Source: an uncultured Actinomycetota bacterium
GTDB taxonomy: Bacteria > Actinomycetota > Actinomycetes > JAHEKZ01
Direction of reading: 5' to 3'
NCBI GenBank assembly: GCA_963829525.1
Contig: CAWHIJ010000003.1
Coordinates: forward strand, 864,001-928,000
DNA: 64,000 bases
Below the pieces are notes generated by a model. The model saw nothing but the letters and a program-made list of their open reading frames with translations. It had not been told where the DNA came from and searched no databases. Numbering within the stretch: the first letter of the stretch is position 1; each line of letters begins with the position of its first letter. The translations under genes were made by a program, and so were the position numbers. Of this stretch, positions 10,269-21,691 are shown piece after piece.

Positions 10269-11096
10269 CTAGAAGGAATGTGCAGGTCGGTGATGCGTGC
10301 CGGAGGCGAGCAGGCGTAGATGTAGAAGTCGGCGAGCACGACGGTGCACAGCGAGATCCAGGCGAACTTCATGTGGTGCGGCGTTGAGCCGGCAGACGAG
10401 GGTCCACATCCTGTAGCGGACCGGGTGCTTGGAGAAGTGCTTGAGCCGGCCGCCGACGGTGTTGCGGCAGGAGTGGCAGGACAGCGTGTAGAGCCACAGC
10501 AGCGTCGCGTTGGCCATCAGGATCACGGTGCCGAGGCCGATGTAGCCCCACTCGCCGTCGGGCTTGCGGAAGGCCAGCGACCGCGTCGAGGTGAGGATCA
10601 CGTTGAGGAGCAGCGCCGAGGTAGAAGAAGTAGCGGTGCAGGTTCTGCAGGATCAGCGGGAGCGGGTCTCGCCGGTGTACTTGCGCGTGCGGCTCGGCCA
10701 CGGCGCAGGCCGGCGGCGACAGCCAGAACGACCGGTAGTAGGCCTTGCGGTAGTAGTAGCAGGTCAACCGGAACGCCAGCGGGAATACCAGCGATCAGCA
10801 GCGCCGGTGAGAGCGGATACCAGTCACCGACCAGACGGCCGAAGTCATCGGAGCCTTCGACGCAGTTGCTCGACACGCACGGCGAGTAGAACGGGCGAGA
10901 GGTAGGGCGAGGCGTAGTAGTACGCGTTCTCAAACGCCCGCCAGGTGGCGTAGACGACGAAGCTGAAGAGCACCGCCAGCGTGATGGCCGGCTGGACCCA
11001 CCAGCGGTCGGTGCGGAGGGTGCGCAGGGAGATGCGCGCACGGCCGGGCGCTCCGGTACCTGCTGAGAGCGGTCCGGAGGGAGCGGTTTGGGTCAT
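10269..11096 (-). CDS. Sdh1-type membrane anchor subunit; frameshifted
   Basis: TLRTDRWW, TCYYYRKAYYRSFWLSPPACAV, ILQNLHRYFFY and LSCHSCR fragments, resembling the mycobacterial Rv0249c family. Confidence 0.82.
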
Positions 11097-11139
11097 GGAT
11101 TCTCCGAGGTCGGGCGGCCGGGATCTGGCGGTCGGTGGG

Positions 11140-11394
11140 TCACTCTCGGTCGGCGTCGCTCCAGAACTCGGGTGGATAGTCGTGGTCGGGGATCATGATC
11201 GGCTCGCCGGCGCCAGGCTCTGCAGCATCTGGGCCGGCCAGGATGTCGAGGTCCTCGCTGATCCGTTGGGCATCCGCCAGCAGCCGCCGCATGTCGATAC
11301 TGTCGCCGTGCTCTGACTTCAGATGCTCGACCGCGCGGACGAGGTCGCGGGCCGCTCGTCTGGCAGCGCTGACGTCCTGGGACGGGATGCTCAT
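11140..11394 (-). CDS. Small Sdh1-associated protein (Rv0250c-like)
   Basis: RRLLADAQRI...IPDHDYPPEFWSDAD; first gene of the operon. Confidence 0.7.
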   Translation of the reverse strand: MSIPSQDVSAARRAARDLVRAVEHLKSEHGDSIDMRRLLADAQRISEDLDILAGPDAAEPGAGEPIMIPDHDYPPEFWSDADRE

Positions 11395-11526
11395 GCTCGC
11401 TGCCTCCACCTCTGCTGGGTCACTAGCCCTTGGACGGGCGTGACGTCAGTCATATTGACGCTCGCAGTCTGTCCGACCCTGGCCCACGGCGCCAGCATCT
11501 CGGGCGATCTGGTGTTGGGTGTGGTC

Positions 11527-12384
11527 ATGACTGACACGTTGGTGATCTTCGCCTCAGGTGGTACGACCGGTCGTGGGCAGGTCGTACGCACCGTGCCCCT
11601 GTCCGCGGGAGGGCCCCTCGTTGTCGTCGACACCACGCCCTTCCATCCGGTCGACCACGCCTGGCCGGACCAGCCAGGCGATAAGGGCTGGATCGATGAT
11701 CAGGTCGTGATCGACTCCGTGATGGTCGCCAGCGGTCCCGGTGGTGACCTGCTGGTCGCGGCCGACATCCCGGTCAAGCGGGGGGAGCCAGGGTGGAGCT
11801 GGCATGTGGCCCACCGGCTTGCCGAGAACGCCACCCTTCCCGAGGTAGGGACCCAGGTGCAGCTCGCCGTCGACGCCGAACGCCGCAGAGCCCTTTCTGC
11901 TGCACACACCGCCTGCCATCTGGCTGCACTCGCCATGAATGGGGCGGCAGCCCACCTGTGGCGCAAGGAGGTGCGCTTGGACAGCCTTGGCAACCCCGAT
12001 CTCGACCAGCTGGCCATGGATTCCTCGGTCATGGACGAGGATGGATCGACCGACATCTACCGATTCGGCAAGAGCCTGAGGAAGCGCGGGTTCGACTCCG
12101 CCGGGTTCGCCGACCAGATTGAAGCGATCGTGGCTGGGGTCCGCGCCCGGCTCGAGACGTGGATTGCCACGCGTGCACAGGTGGTGATCATCGATGGCGG
12201 CGACCAGCGGGTGACGGCCCTGAGGCACTGGACGTGTGCCCTTCCCGAGGGTCTGGCCGACATCGCCTGCGGCGGAACACATGTGTCTGACCTGGGGGCC
12301 TTCAGCGCTGTACGGGTGGCCTACGAGCTGGCGGCAGACGGGACCGGCCTCACCGTCCGAACCACGCCAAGTCTGGCCGCGTAG
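11527..12384 (+). CDS. AlaX-like tRNA editing / metal-dependent hydrolase
   Basis: TPFHP..DQPGD.G, HTACH and CGGTH zinc motifs of the AlaRS editing domain. Confidence 0.8.
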   Translation: MTDTLVIFASGGTTGRGQVVRTVPLSAGGPLVVVDTTPFHPVDHAWPDQPGDKGWIDDQVVIDSVMVASGPGGDLLVAADIPVKRGEPGWSWHVAHRLAENATLPEVGTQVQLAVDAERRRALSAAHTACHLAALAMNGAAAHLWRKEVRLDSLGNPDLDQLAMDSSVMDEDGSTDIYRFGKSLRKRGFDSAGFADQIEAIVAGVRARLETWIATRAQVVIIDGGDQRVTALRHWTCALPEGLADIACGGTHVSDLGAFSAVRVAYELAADGTGLTVRTTPSLAA

Positions 12385-12444
12385 ACTGACCATTGTCGCC
12401 GGTCGGCGATCGATTCCCTGTCTTGAGAGTGAGCCAGCACGCCC

Positions 12445-14337
12445 ATGGCGTCTTCAGCCTCATCCATCGCCCACAAACTCGTCCAGCGCGGCGACCTGCG
12501 CAACGTTGCCATCGTGGCCCATGTCGACCACGGAAAGACCACGTTGGTCGACGCCATGCTGTGGCAGTCCGGGGCCTTCCGGGAGCACGCCGACATCGCC
12601 GATCGCGTCATGGACTCGATGGACCTGGAGCGTGAAAAGGGGATCACGATTCTGGCCAAGAACACCGCGGTGCGCCATCACATGGATGACGGCCAGGACG
12701 TGACGCTCAACATCATCGACACCCCGGGTCACGCCGACTTCGGCGGAGAGGTGGAGCGGGGCCTTGAGATGGTCGATGGCGTCCTGCTGTTGGTCGACGC
12801 GAGTGAGGGCCCGCTGCCGCAGACGAGGTTCGTCCTGCGCAAGGCGCTCCAGAAGCGACTACCTGTCGTCCTCGTCGTGAACAAGGTGGACCGACCGGAT
12901 GCTCGGATCAGTGAGGTTGTTGACGAGACGTACGAGCTCTTCCTCGACCTCGACGCCGACGAGGAGCAGATCGAGTTCCCGATCGTCTATGCGTCCGCCA
13001 AGAATGGTCGTGCCTCGATGAACAAGCCTGCTGACGGCGGTCTCCCAGACAGTGAAAACCTTGAGCCCCTCTTCACGACGATCGTCGAGACGATCCCGGC
13101 GCCGACCTACGACCCAGAGATGCCGTTGCAGGCTCACGTCACCAACCTCGACGCCTCCCCGTACCTCGGGCGTCTTGCACTCTGTCGCGTCCACAACGGG
13201 ACCATCACGAAGGGCCAGTCGGTGGCGTGGTGCCGGGCCGACGGCACAATCGAACGCGTCAAGGTCACCGAGCTGCTGATCACCCAGGCACTCGACCGTG
13301 TTCCGGCAGATTCGGCTTCACCGGGCGACATCATTGCGGTGGCTGGCATCCCCGAAATCACCATCGGCGAGACGCTTGCCGATGCCGAAGACCCCCGTCC
13401 ACTGCCGGTCATCACCGTCGATGAACCGTCGATCTCGATGACGATCGGGATCAACACTGCGCCGTTGTCAGGGCAGAGCGGCAAGAAGCTCACTGCCCGC
13501 ATGGTGAAGACCCGCCTTGAGGCCGAGCTCATCGGAAACGTGTCGATCCGCGTGGCCGAGACCGAGCGTCCCGATACGTGGGAGGTGCAGGGACGGGGTG
13601 AGCTGCAGCTTGCGGTGTTGGTTGAAATGATGCGACGCGAGGGGTTTGAGCTCACTGTCGGCAAGCCGCAGGTTGTCACGCGCGAGGTAGACGGCAAAGT
13701 GCACGAGCCCGTCGAGCGACTGACCGTTGACATCCCCGAGGACTACCTCGGCGTCGTCACCCAGCTCATGGCGCTCCGGAAGGGGCGGATGGAGCAGATG
13801 GTCAACCATGGAACCGGCTGGGTGCGCATGGAGTACCTGGTCCCGGCGCGCGGAATGATCGGATTCCGTACCGAGTTCCTGACCGAGACCCGCGGCACCG
13901 GCCTTCTGCACCACGTCTTTGAGCGCTACGAACCCTGGCATGGTGAGCTGCGGACCCGTCCGACCGGCTCGCTGGTTGCTGACCGCAGAGGTGACACTAC
14001 TGGCTTTGCGTTGGCGAACCTGCAGGAGCGCGGAACGATGTTTGTCGGCCCAGGCACCGAGGTCTATGAGGGCATGATCGTTGGCGAGAACTCGAGGTCG
14101 GACGACATGGACGTCAATCCGACCAAGGAGAAGAAACTCACGAACATGCGTCAGTCGTCCGGTGACATCCTGATTCCGCTCATTCCGCACAAGCAGCTCT
14201 CGATGGAGCAGGCGCTGGAGTTCTGTCGCGAGGATGAGTGCGTGGAGGTGACGCCGGCGACGGTCCGGCTGCGCAAGGTCGTTCTCGACCAGAACGAACG
14301 TGGTCGCACGAGGGCGCGATCCAAGCGTCAGACCTGA
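12445..14337 (+). CDS. typA: Translational GTPase TypA/BipA
   Basis: [38 protein letters not shown] and KKLTNMR motifs. Confidence 0.98.
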   Translation: MASSASSIAHKLVQRGDLRNVAIVAHVDHGKTTLVDAMLWQSGAFREHADIADRVMDSMDLEREKGITILAKNTAVRHHMDDGQDVTLNIIDTPGHADFGGEVERGLEMVDGVLLLVDASEGPLPQTRFVLRKALQKRLPVVLVVNKVDRPDARISEVVDETYELFLDLDADEEQIEFPIVYASAKNGRASMNKPADGGLPDSENLEPLFTTIVETIPAPTYDPEMPLQAHVTNLDASPYLGRLALCRVHNGTITKGQSVAWCRADGTIERVKVTELLITQALDRVPADSASPGDIIAVAGIPEITIGETLADAEDPRPLPVITVDEPSISMTIGINTAPLSGQSGKKLTARMVKTRLEAELIGNVSIRVAETERPDTWEVQGRGELQLAVLVEMMRREGFELTVGKPQVVTREVDGKVHEPVERLTVDIPEDYLGVVTQLMALRKGRMEQMVNHGTGWVRMEYLVPARGMIGFRTEFLTETRGTGLLHHVFERYEPWHGELRTRPTGSLVADRRGDTTGFALANLQERGTMFVGPGTEVYEGMIVGENSRSDDMDVNPTKEKKLTNMRQSSGDILIPLIPHKQLSMEQALEFCREDECVEVTPATVRLRKVVLDQNERGRTRARSKRQT

Positions 14338-16421
14338 ACGATCCCGAGTGACCGCCTCAGGAAATGGACCTGCATCGTTAACAGGTTCTCGGCCACGTCC
14401 TCCTGGGTTGCCATGTGGGTGATCCCGGTCAGAGGCAGCACCTCATGTGGACGTCCATGCTCGGTCAGCACTTGAGAGAGCTGAAGTGAGTGGGCCACGA
14501 ACACGTTGTCGTCGGCCAGCCCGTGGATCAGTTGAAGGGGGCGGGTGAGCCCTGGTGCCCGCCCGAGGAGCGAGCTGCGTAGATAGGCGGCGTCATCGTC
14601 GTCGCGTGGCACTCCGAGATAGCGCTCGGTGTAGCCGGTGTCGTAGAGCTTCCAGTCGGTGACCGGGGCGCCGGCAATCGCCGCGTGGAAGACATCGGGT
14701 CGATCGATGACGGCGAGCGCTGCTAGATACCCCCCGAATGACCATCCCCGAATGGCGACCTTGTCGAGGTCCAGCTCTGGGAAGGCGTGTGCAACAGCGT
14801 GCAGGCCGACGATCTGGTCCTCGAGGACGGGTCCGGCAAAGTCACCTCGGACTGCGCGTTCCCACGACGGGGCACCTGGTGTCCCACGACCGTCGACGAC
14901 CACGACGGCGAACCCCTGGTCAGCGAACCACTGCGACTCGCGGAAAGCACCTTGATGATGAGCAACGCTGGCGTGGTGCGGGCCGCCATAGGGGTCCATC
15001 AGGACCGGGAGTGATCCCTTGTCTGGCTCCCAGTCCGTCGGGAGCAGCAGCGCGATACGTGGCCGTTCGTTGTCGCCGCGAATGAGGGTGACCTGGGGTT
15101 CGATGATCGGGCGGTCGGCATAGGAGACAACTTCATGATTCACAGTCGCCGTCGAGATCGTCGAGACCGGCAGCGCGCGATCAAGGGTTGCCGAGACGAG
15201 GACGTGGGTCGACCCGCCTTGGGCTGCGGTGTGCCAACCATCGGCCGGGCTGAGAGGTTTCGCCTCGTCGTCGGCTAGAGCCCAGACTTGCTGGTCACCC
15301 GCGTCGGTGGAGGCCAGGACGGTGATCTGGTGATTCCCGATTCCGATGACCGCTCGAACCTGCAGGCCGGGAGGTGACAGCCGCTGACCGTCTGCGCACA
15401 ATGCGTAGTCGTCGTCGCGAACCTCGACCGTCAGCAACCGGCCGCTTTCGTCCCAGCAGCCGGTGCCGGGCACGACATCCACCCAAGCGTCATCGGTGAC
15501 GGACCGGATGTGCTCAGTTGCACCGGTTTCGGGGTCGATGGTCCACCAGCTGATGGTCTGCTGGGCGCGGTCGAGGATGCCGGCAACTGGGGCACCGCGC
15601 TCTGACCAGGACGCGGTGGCCAGATACTCCGTGCTCTCTGGCAGGTCGACCCGTGCGGCGCTGCCGCCGAGGTCGAGGACCCACAGACCCACGTCGGCAT
15701 TCGCGGTTCCGGCAGCGGGGTATCGGTGGGGCAGCGGTTCTGAGGCGGGGGTTGCGGGGTTGCTGACGAACCAGGTGCTTACCGGGCCTTCGTCGGTGCG
15801 CTGCGCCAAGAGTCGATCGCCGTCAGGAGACCACCAGAATCCCCGTGCCCGGTCGAACTCCTCTGCGGCAACGAAGTCGGCCAGCCCCCAGGTAACAGTT
15901 TCGGAGTGCTCCGCAGGTGAAACCGTCTGCGGTTTGCCCCCATCGATCGAGACGACGTGTAAGCGACCAGCAGCGGCGTAGGCGACCCGTTGGCCGGTGG
16001 GGTCGATTCTCGGATCGATGACGGCCCCGTCCACCGGGATCTCACTGATCAATGAGCCATCAACCTCGGTGACGAAAAGGCGGCCTGACAGCGTGAATGC
16101 AACACGCACGAAGGCAGCGTCAACGGTGTAGCCGACGATCCCACCGGCTGGCTCTCTCGCGCGCTCGCGTCTGGCGCGCTCCTCAGCACTCAGATCCTCG
16201 TGGGCTCCGGAGAGAAGGTCGGCTGGGTCAACGAGCTGCACCTCGCCGGCTGCTTCGGTCCACCGCCAGAGGCCCCCTACTCGGTCCGTGGCCGAAGCCG
16301 AGCGCACGAAGAGCACGGTGCCGCCATCGTCGGAGACGCTGAACGAGCGAGGGCGCCCAAGGCTGAAGCGAAGCGTTCGGGCGTTCTGTCTGGGGAAGGT
16401 ATCGGGGAGATCGGTGGTCAT
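14328..16421 (-). CDS. S9-family dipeptidyl-peptidase IV-like peptidase
   Basis: GWSFGG nucleophile motif, HGLADDNV, catalytic His region, N-terminal propeller; start ATG 16421. Confidence 0.92.
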   Translation of the reverse strand: MTTDLPDTFPRQNARTLRFSLGRPRSFSVSDDGGTVLFVRSASATDRVGGLWRWTEAAGEVQLVDPADLLSGAHEDLSAEERARRERAREPAGGIVGYTVDAAFVRVAFTLSGRLFVTEVDGSLISEIPVDGAVIDPRIDPTGQRVAYAAAGRLHVVSIDGGKPQTVSPAEHSETVTWGLADFVAAEEFDRARGFWWSPDGDRLLAQRTDEGPVSTWFVSNPATPASEPLPHRYPAAGTANADVGLWVLDLGGSAARVDLPESTEYLATASWSERGAPVAGILDRAQQTISWWTIDPETGATEHIRSVTDDAWVDVVPGTGCWDESGRLLTVEVRDDDYALCADGQRLSPPGLQVRAVIGIGNHQITVLASTDAGDQQVWALADDEAKPLSPADGWHTAAQGGSTHVLVSATLDRALPVSTISTATVNHEVVSYADRPIIEPQVTLIRGDNERPRIALLLPTDWEPDKGSLPVLMDPYGGPHHASVAHHQGAFRESQWFADQGFAVVVVDGRGTPGAPSWERAVRGDFAGPVLEDQIVGLHAVAHAFPELDLDKVAIRGWSFGGYLAALAVIDRPDVFHAAIAGAPVTDWKLYDTGYTERYLGVPRDDDDAAYLRSSLLGRAPGLTRPLQLIHGLADDNVFVAHSLQLSQVLTEHGRPHEVLPLTGITHMATQEDVAENLLTMQVHFLRRSLGIVQV

Positions 16422-16467
16422 TCCCCCATCATTTCGCAGAGGACGCATCGGCCTTAGGCTCAGGGGC

Positions 16468-17356
16468 ATGTCGCTCAGTGATCGACGGCTTCTGCTCGTA
16501 CACGCCCACCCCGACGACGAGACGATCGGCTCGGGGGTGACTATGGCCAAGTACGTCGCCGAGGGTGTCCACGTCACCCTGGTCACCTGCACGCTGGGTG
16601 AAGAGGGCGAGGTTCTCGTTCCTGAGCTCGGACATCTGGCCGCTCACGACCAAGATGACTTAGGAGCCCACCGACGCGTAGAGCTCGCGGCAGCTCTGGC
16701 GCTGCTTGGTGTGAGCGACCACGAGTACCTCGGCGGTGCAGGGCGCTACCGCGACTCCGGGATGATGGGCACCCCACCGAACGATCGGGATGAGTGTTTC
16801 TGGCGCGCGGACCTCCTGGAGGCGGCCAGTCACCTCGTCGCCACTGTCCGACGGGTCAGGCCGCAGGTGGTGGTGACCTATGACGACTTCGGGCAGTACG
16901 GGCACCCGGACCACATTCAGGCCCATCGAGTCACCAGCTATGCACTGATACTGGCGGCGGCTCCGTCGTTTCGTCCGGATCTGGGTGAGCCGTGGGAGGT
17001 GACGAAGCTCTACTGGACCGCGTTGCCCAAGGCGGCCGTGAAACGAGGTATCGACGCCTTTGTGGCGGCCGGTGGTCAGGGCTTCTTCGGCCTCGCCGAG
17101 GGCGAGGACCTTCCGTGGGCGCTCGACGATGCTCTGGTCACTACCCAGATCAAGGCACTCGACCAAGAGCCGCACAAGATGGCAGCCCTGCGGGCGCACC
17201 TGTCGCAGGTCGGGGTCGAGAACGACTTCTTCCGCCTCTCGGAAGTCGCCGGGCCCGAGGCCATGGGAATCGAGTACTTCCGGTTGGTTCGCGGTCAGCG
17301 CGGACCTGATGGGGCCGACGGGCCTTGAGGACGACCTCTTCGCGGGCATCGTCTGA
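16468..17356 (+). CDS. mshB: Mycothiol biosynthesis deacetylase MshB; indel near the 3' end
   Basis: LLLVHAHPDDE, YRDSGMMG and YGHPDHIQAHR. The conserved EDDLFAG tail lies in another frame, ending at 17356. Confidence 0.9.
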
Positions 17357-17499
17357 TCCAGAGCGAATGTCGGGTGGTAGTACGCCGACTGGGTGACGGT
17401 TCGCGCCTCCCACTGTCGGCCATTGCCCCTGTGGGGGAGAGTGGCCACATCGTGACGCTCGGTAGTCCGGGCACCCATGGTTGGCCAGAAGGAGGCGGC

Positions 17500-19446
17500 G
17501 TGCCCGATACAGAGCGTGATGGCACCGAGGTCGTCACTGCGACCAGCACGGCACTGTCGAGCACTTCGGTGCTTCGTGCCGGCGATGCCGATGTCGGCCA
17601 GTCCCGCGAGACCAAGCGTCGCCGTCGTCTAAGGGTGATGGCGTTGTGGCTCGGTGTCCCCGCGCTCTTCCTCTGGTATCGGATCGCCATCGGGCAACCC
17701 GTGGAGTGGGGGCTCCCTGCAATCGACCCATACATGCTGGCGCCGGTCATCTTCTTCGTTGCTCTTCTACTGATCATCGTCGGGACTACCGTGGGCGCTG
17801 GGCGCTCCCCGCACGTCATGTACCGACCAGAGCAGATCACGACCACGCTTGACGACGTCAAGGGCATCGACCCGGTCAAGGATGAGGTCATCCGGTCGCT
17901 CAACCTCTTCCTGGCGCACAAGGCGTTTGCCAATGACATGGGAGGAACTCCGCGCCGAGGCATTCTCTTTGAGGGTTCTCCTGGCACAGGTAAGACCTAC
18001 CTGGCCAAGGCAATGGCCCGCGAAGCCGGTGTGCCGTTCCTCTTCGTGTCAGCCACCTCCTTCCAGTCGATGTACTACGGCGCGACCGCGCGCAAGATCC
18101 GCTCGTACTTCAAGCAGCTCCGCAAAGTGGCGCGGGCCGAAGGTGGCGCCATCGGGTTCATCGAGGAGATCGATGCCATCGCGATGTCGCGAGGCGGGCT
18201 GTCCGCGACAGCCATGCCACAGTCGCTTGCCTCGCTCGGCGTCCACGCTTGCGGCGGGATGACGTCGCTGCCCTCCGGCTACGGATCCCCGGCCGGGCTG
18301 GTCACCAGTCCCTCGATCACCAGTGAGGGTGTCGGGGGTGTCGTCAACGAGCTCCTTGTACAAATGCAGTCGTTCGATGAGCCGACCGGGCTCCAGAAGC
18401 TGCGCACAAAGTTCGTCGATCTTGCCAACCTCTATCTTCCGGCGCACCGCCAGCTTCGGCGTCCGGAGCCCCCTTCGACGAACCTGCTGCTTATCGCGGC
18501 GACAAACCGCGCAGACAACCTCGACCCGGCGCTGCTCAGGCCAGGCCGATTCGACCGTCGTCTCACCTTCGAGCTGCCCGCCAAGTCCGGGCGACGCGAG
18601 ATCATCGACCATTACCTCGGCTTGAAGTCGCACGGCCCAGAGCTCGACGTCGAGGACCGGCGTGACTCGCTCGCCGCTGCCACCCAGGGCTATACCCCGG
18701 TCATGATCGAGCACCTGCTCGACGAGGCGCTCGTCAACGCCGTCCGCCGCGGCGACTCGCAGATGTCTTGGCAGGACGTCGAGCGTGCGCGCCTGGTCGA
18801 GGAGGTGGGCATGGGACAACCTGTGTCGTACACCGTGCACGAGCGCAAGCTCATCTCGACGCACGAGGCGGGTCACGCAACGGCCGCTTTCCTGGTGGCT
18901 CCGGAGCGACGCCTTGAGGTACTCACGATCATCAAGCGCAGGTCCGCGCTGGGCATGCTGGCGCACGGGGATGCCGAGGAGGTCTACACGCGCTCACGCA
19001 CCGAGATGCTGGCGTTGATCCAGATTGCGCTCGGAGGTCAGTGTGCTGAGGAAATCTTCTTCGGCGACGTCTCGACAGGTCCAGGCGGGGACCTCCTTTA
19101 CGCGACCAATGTGGCGGCCGAGATGGTCGGGTCCTGCGGCATGCTCGACTCGCTGATCTCGTTTGCGGCAGTTCAGAACAGCGCGCTCAACGACAGCAAC
19201 ATCGTCGGACGGGTCCTGGCCGACCCCTCGGGCCGAGCTGCTGTCGAGGACCTGCTGCAGAGCCAGAAGGTCATCGTGAAGGCGCTTCTCGAAGAGAATG
19301 CCCACCTGATTGAGGCGCTGCGCGATGCTCTCCTCGAGCGAGAAGAGCTGATCGGGCGCGAGATCAACGATGTGCTTGCCGAGGCCCAGAAGGAGCAGGT
19401 CATCGACCTGCGCGCCACCGAAGAGCGGGAGCCGAGTCGCCCCTGA
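17500..19446 (+). CDS. FtsH-like AAA+ ATPase / M41 metalloprotease paralog
   Basis: Two TM helices, GSPGTGKT Walker A, FIEEID Walker B variant, ATNR..LDPALLRPGRFDR and HEAGH. GGAGG RBS precedes GTG 17500. Confidence 0.88.
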   Translation: MPDTERDGTEVVTATSTALSSTSVLRAGDADVGQSRETKRRRRLRVMALWLGVPALFLWYRIAIGQPVEWGLPAIDPYMLAPVIFFVALLLIIVGTTVGAGRSPHVMYRPEQITTTLDDVKGIDPVKDEVIRSLNLFLAHKAFANDMGGTPRRGILFEGSPGTGKTYLAKAMAREAGVPFLFVSATSFQSMYYGATARKIRSYFKQLRKVARAEGGAIGFIEEIDAIAMSRGGLSATAMPQSLASLGVHACGGMTSLPSGYGSPAGLVTSPSITSEGVGGVVNELLVQMQSFDEPTGLQKLRTKFVDLANLYLPAHRQLRRPEPPSTNLLLIAATNRADNLDPALLRPGRFDRRLTFELPAKSGRREIIDHYLGLKSHGPELDVEDRRDSLAAATQGYTPVMIEHLLDEALVNAVRRGDSQMSWQDVERARLVEEVGMGQPVSYTVHERKLISTHEAGHATAAFLVAPERRLEVLTIIKRRSALGMLAHGDAEEVYTRSRTEMLALIQIALGGQCAEEIFFGDVSTGPGGDLLYATNVAAEMVGSCGMLDSLISFAAVQNSALNDSNIVGRVLADPSGRAAVEDLLQSQKVIVKALLEENAHLIEALRDALLEREELIGREINDVLAEAQKEQVIDLRATEEREPSRP

Positions 19447-19516
19447 CCAGCCCGTTTCGACCGGGTTTCGACGGGGGGGTCTACAGGTCATCACCCGGTT
19501 GGCCGATGGTCTGTCC

Positions 19517-20026
19517 GTGGAGTCACTGACCAGCCCTGCCGATGTGCCCGGAACCGCTGCTGACGATGACGTGGCGCCGATCGGTGGAGTCATCTTGCGC
19601 TTTGCCGGTGCCCGCTACGCGGTCGACATGGCGAGTGTGGCTGAGGTAGTGCCTGTTCCGGTGATGACCCGTATCCCTGGTGGACCGGCTTGGCTCTCGG
19701 GGGTGGTCAATTGGCGTGGACGAGTCCTGCCGGTGATTGACCTCCGACCCTTGGTGGGCGCTGCTCTCTCACCGCTCCCCACCAGCGCGCGTCTGGTCGT
19801 TCTTTCCGAAGGTGACGTCGAGGTCGGTGTTGTCGCGGACATGGTTCCTGGTCTTCTTGACTGCGACCCACGCGACCTCGAACCGATCCCTGGCACGATC
19901 GCAACCGGCATTGCCCCGCTCGTCCGGGGAGTCGTCGATGTTGACGGACCCGTTGCTCTGCTGTCCACCGAGGCTGTTCTGCGTCTCCGTGAACAGCTTC
20001 CCGCTGCGCGTCGTGCCGCCGGCTGA
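19517..20026 (+). CDS. cheW: Chemotaxis adaptor CheW
   Basis: YAVDMASVAEVV, TRIPGGPAWLSGVVNWRGRVLPVIDL and GVVAD.V; start estimated. Confidence 0.92.
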   Translation: MESLTSPADVPGTAADDDVAPIGGVILRFAGARYAVDMASVAEVVPVPVMTRIPGGPAWLSGVVNWRGRVLPVIDLRPLVGAALSPLPTSARLVVLSEGDVEVGVVADMVPGLLDCDPRDLEPIPGTIATGIAPLVRGVVDVDGPVALLSTEAVLRLREQLPAARRAAG

Positions 20027-20059
20027 CTGATCCGCCCCAACCACTTGGAAGGAGGCGGG

Positions 20060-21691
20060 ATGTACACGCGCCGCAACAGCATCGAGTCGAGTGCGCAGCA
20101 CTGGTGTGTGCTGATTGCGGCCTTGGTGACTACCTGGATGGCCTGGGGGCCATCAGGGCAAGACATCATGACGACCGGCTCGATCGCCTTGATCGGGGCT
20201 CTCGCCTTCAACGCTCTCGCCGTGACACTTCTGGCGTCGCGTGCCGTCCGCAGGGAGCAGACACTCGCGGACACCATGCTCTGGGAGTCGGTCACCACTT
20301 ACGTCAGTCTGCTTCTCGTTTCCGGGCTGATCGCAGTGACAGGAGGTCTTGCGGCTCCGACGCTCTTTGTCGCATTCCTGTGGGCGCCGTATCTCGGTAT
20401 GTCCGTTGAGTTCGGCTACACCATTCGAGGCCTCGTCTTGCTTCTAGGTGGTGCGATTGGGGTGGCTGGCTGGTACTCCGAGACGTGGGCATCGGACTGG
20501 GAGATGGGAGCGTTGGTCGGTGCGGCGCTCCTATTCGTCGTTCTTGTCACGTACTTCTATGCATCTGATCTCTATGCGGAGCGCTTCACCGCTGAGCAGC
20601 TCGAAGCGGCAGTGAGCGAGCGAGTCGACCAGATTTCCCAGATCCTCGTACAGGCTGCCGACGGCGACCTCTCCGTAAACGTCTCTGACAACGGGTCAGG
20701 CATTGAGGCCACTACCAAAACCGAGGAGCTCGACAGGCTCGCCTTGGCCCTCGACCGGACGATTGGCTCGTTGCGGGGTTTGGTGTCTCGGGTGCGGGTG
20801 GGTGGGGAGCAGATTGGGGTGTCTGCTTCGCAGGTGTTGGTGGCTGCTCGGGAGCAGGCTGCTGCTGCGTCTGAGCAGTCGTCTGCTGTGGCGGAGACGT
20901 CGGCGACGATTGAGGAGTTGGCGGCGACGGCGGCTCAGATTGCTGAGACGGCTGAGCAGGTGGCGTTGTTTGCGTCGGAGACGTTGGGGTTTGCTGAGCA
21001 GGGTCGGGTGGCGGTGTCGGCGTCGGTGGCGTCGATGGATCAGATTTCTGTTCGGGTGGATCAGATTGCGTCGAGGGCGTTGGGGTTGGGGGAGAAGGGG
21101 CAGGAGATTGGTCGGATTTTGCAGGTGATTGATGAGTTGGCTGATCAGACGAATTTGTTGGCGTTGAATGCGGCGATTGAGGCTGCTCGTGCGGGTGAGC
21201 ATGGGCGTGGGTTTGCGGTGGTGGCTGCGGAGATTCGGAAGTTGGCGGAGCGGTCGCAGGAGTCTGCTGGTCAGATTCAGTCGATTGTGACGCAGATTCA
21301 GGCGGAGACGAACGCGACGATTTTGGCTTCTGAGGAGGGGTCGCGGGAGGTGCATCAGGGGTCTGCGTTGGCGCGGGATGTGGTGGGGGCGTTGGAGCGG
21401 ATTTCGGGGATGGTTGATGAGACGACGACTGCTGCGAAGGAGATCAGTATTGCGACGCAGCAGCAGCGTTCGGCGTCGGAGCAGGTGGTGTCGGCGATGG
21501 GTCAGGTTGCTGATGTGTCGCGGCAGTATGCGGTGGGGTCTAAGCAGGCGGCGGCTGCTGCTACCGAGCTGAACGTTCTCGCTGGTGACCTCCGCGCCTC
21601 CATCGCCCAATTCAAAACCACCGACGGGGCAACCCGGCGAACCCACGAAAGCACCCCAGAGACCGAACCGGCAACGGGAGACCTCCGGTGA
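20060..21691 (+). CDS. Chemoreceptor 1 (six-TM intramembrane sensor, HAMP-like segment, signalling domain)
   Basis: [35 protein letters not shown] hairpin; GGAGG RBS before ATG 20060. Confidence 0.95.
   Translation: MYTRRNSIESSAQHWCVLIAALVTTWMAWGPSGQDIMTTGSIALIGALAFNALAVTLLASRAVRREQTLADTMLWESVTTYVSLLLVSGLIAVTGGLAAPTLFVAFLWAPYLGMSVEFGYTIRGLVLLLGGAIGVAGWYSETWASDWEMGALVGAALLFVVLVTYFYASDLYAERFTAEQLEAAVSERVDQISQILVQAADGDLSVNVSDNGSGIEATTKTEELDRLALALDRTIGSLRGLVSRVRVGGEQIGVSASQVLVAAREQAAAASEQSSAVAETSATIEELAATAAQIAETAEQVALFASETLGFAEQGRVAVSASVASMDQISVRVDQIASRALGLGEKGQEIGRILQVIDELADQTNLLALNAAIEAARAGEHGRGFAVVAAEIRKLAERSQESAGQIQSIVTQIQAETNATILASEEGSREVHQGSALARDVVGALERISGMVDETTTAAKEISIATQQQRSASEQVVSAMGQVADVSRQYAVGSKQAAAAATELNVLAGDLRASIAQFKTTDGATRRTHESTPETEPATGDLR
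20768..21671 (+). repeat. Chemoreceptor signalling cassette, copy 1
   Basis: By eye identical to 25835-26738 (904 bp) and, over 20768-21619, to 24018-24869, except one synonymous SNP at 21565 (ACC versus ACG). Confidence 0.92.
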
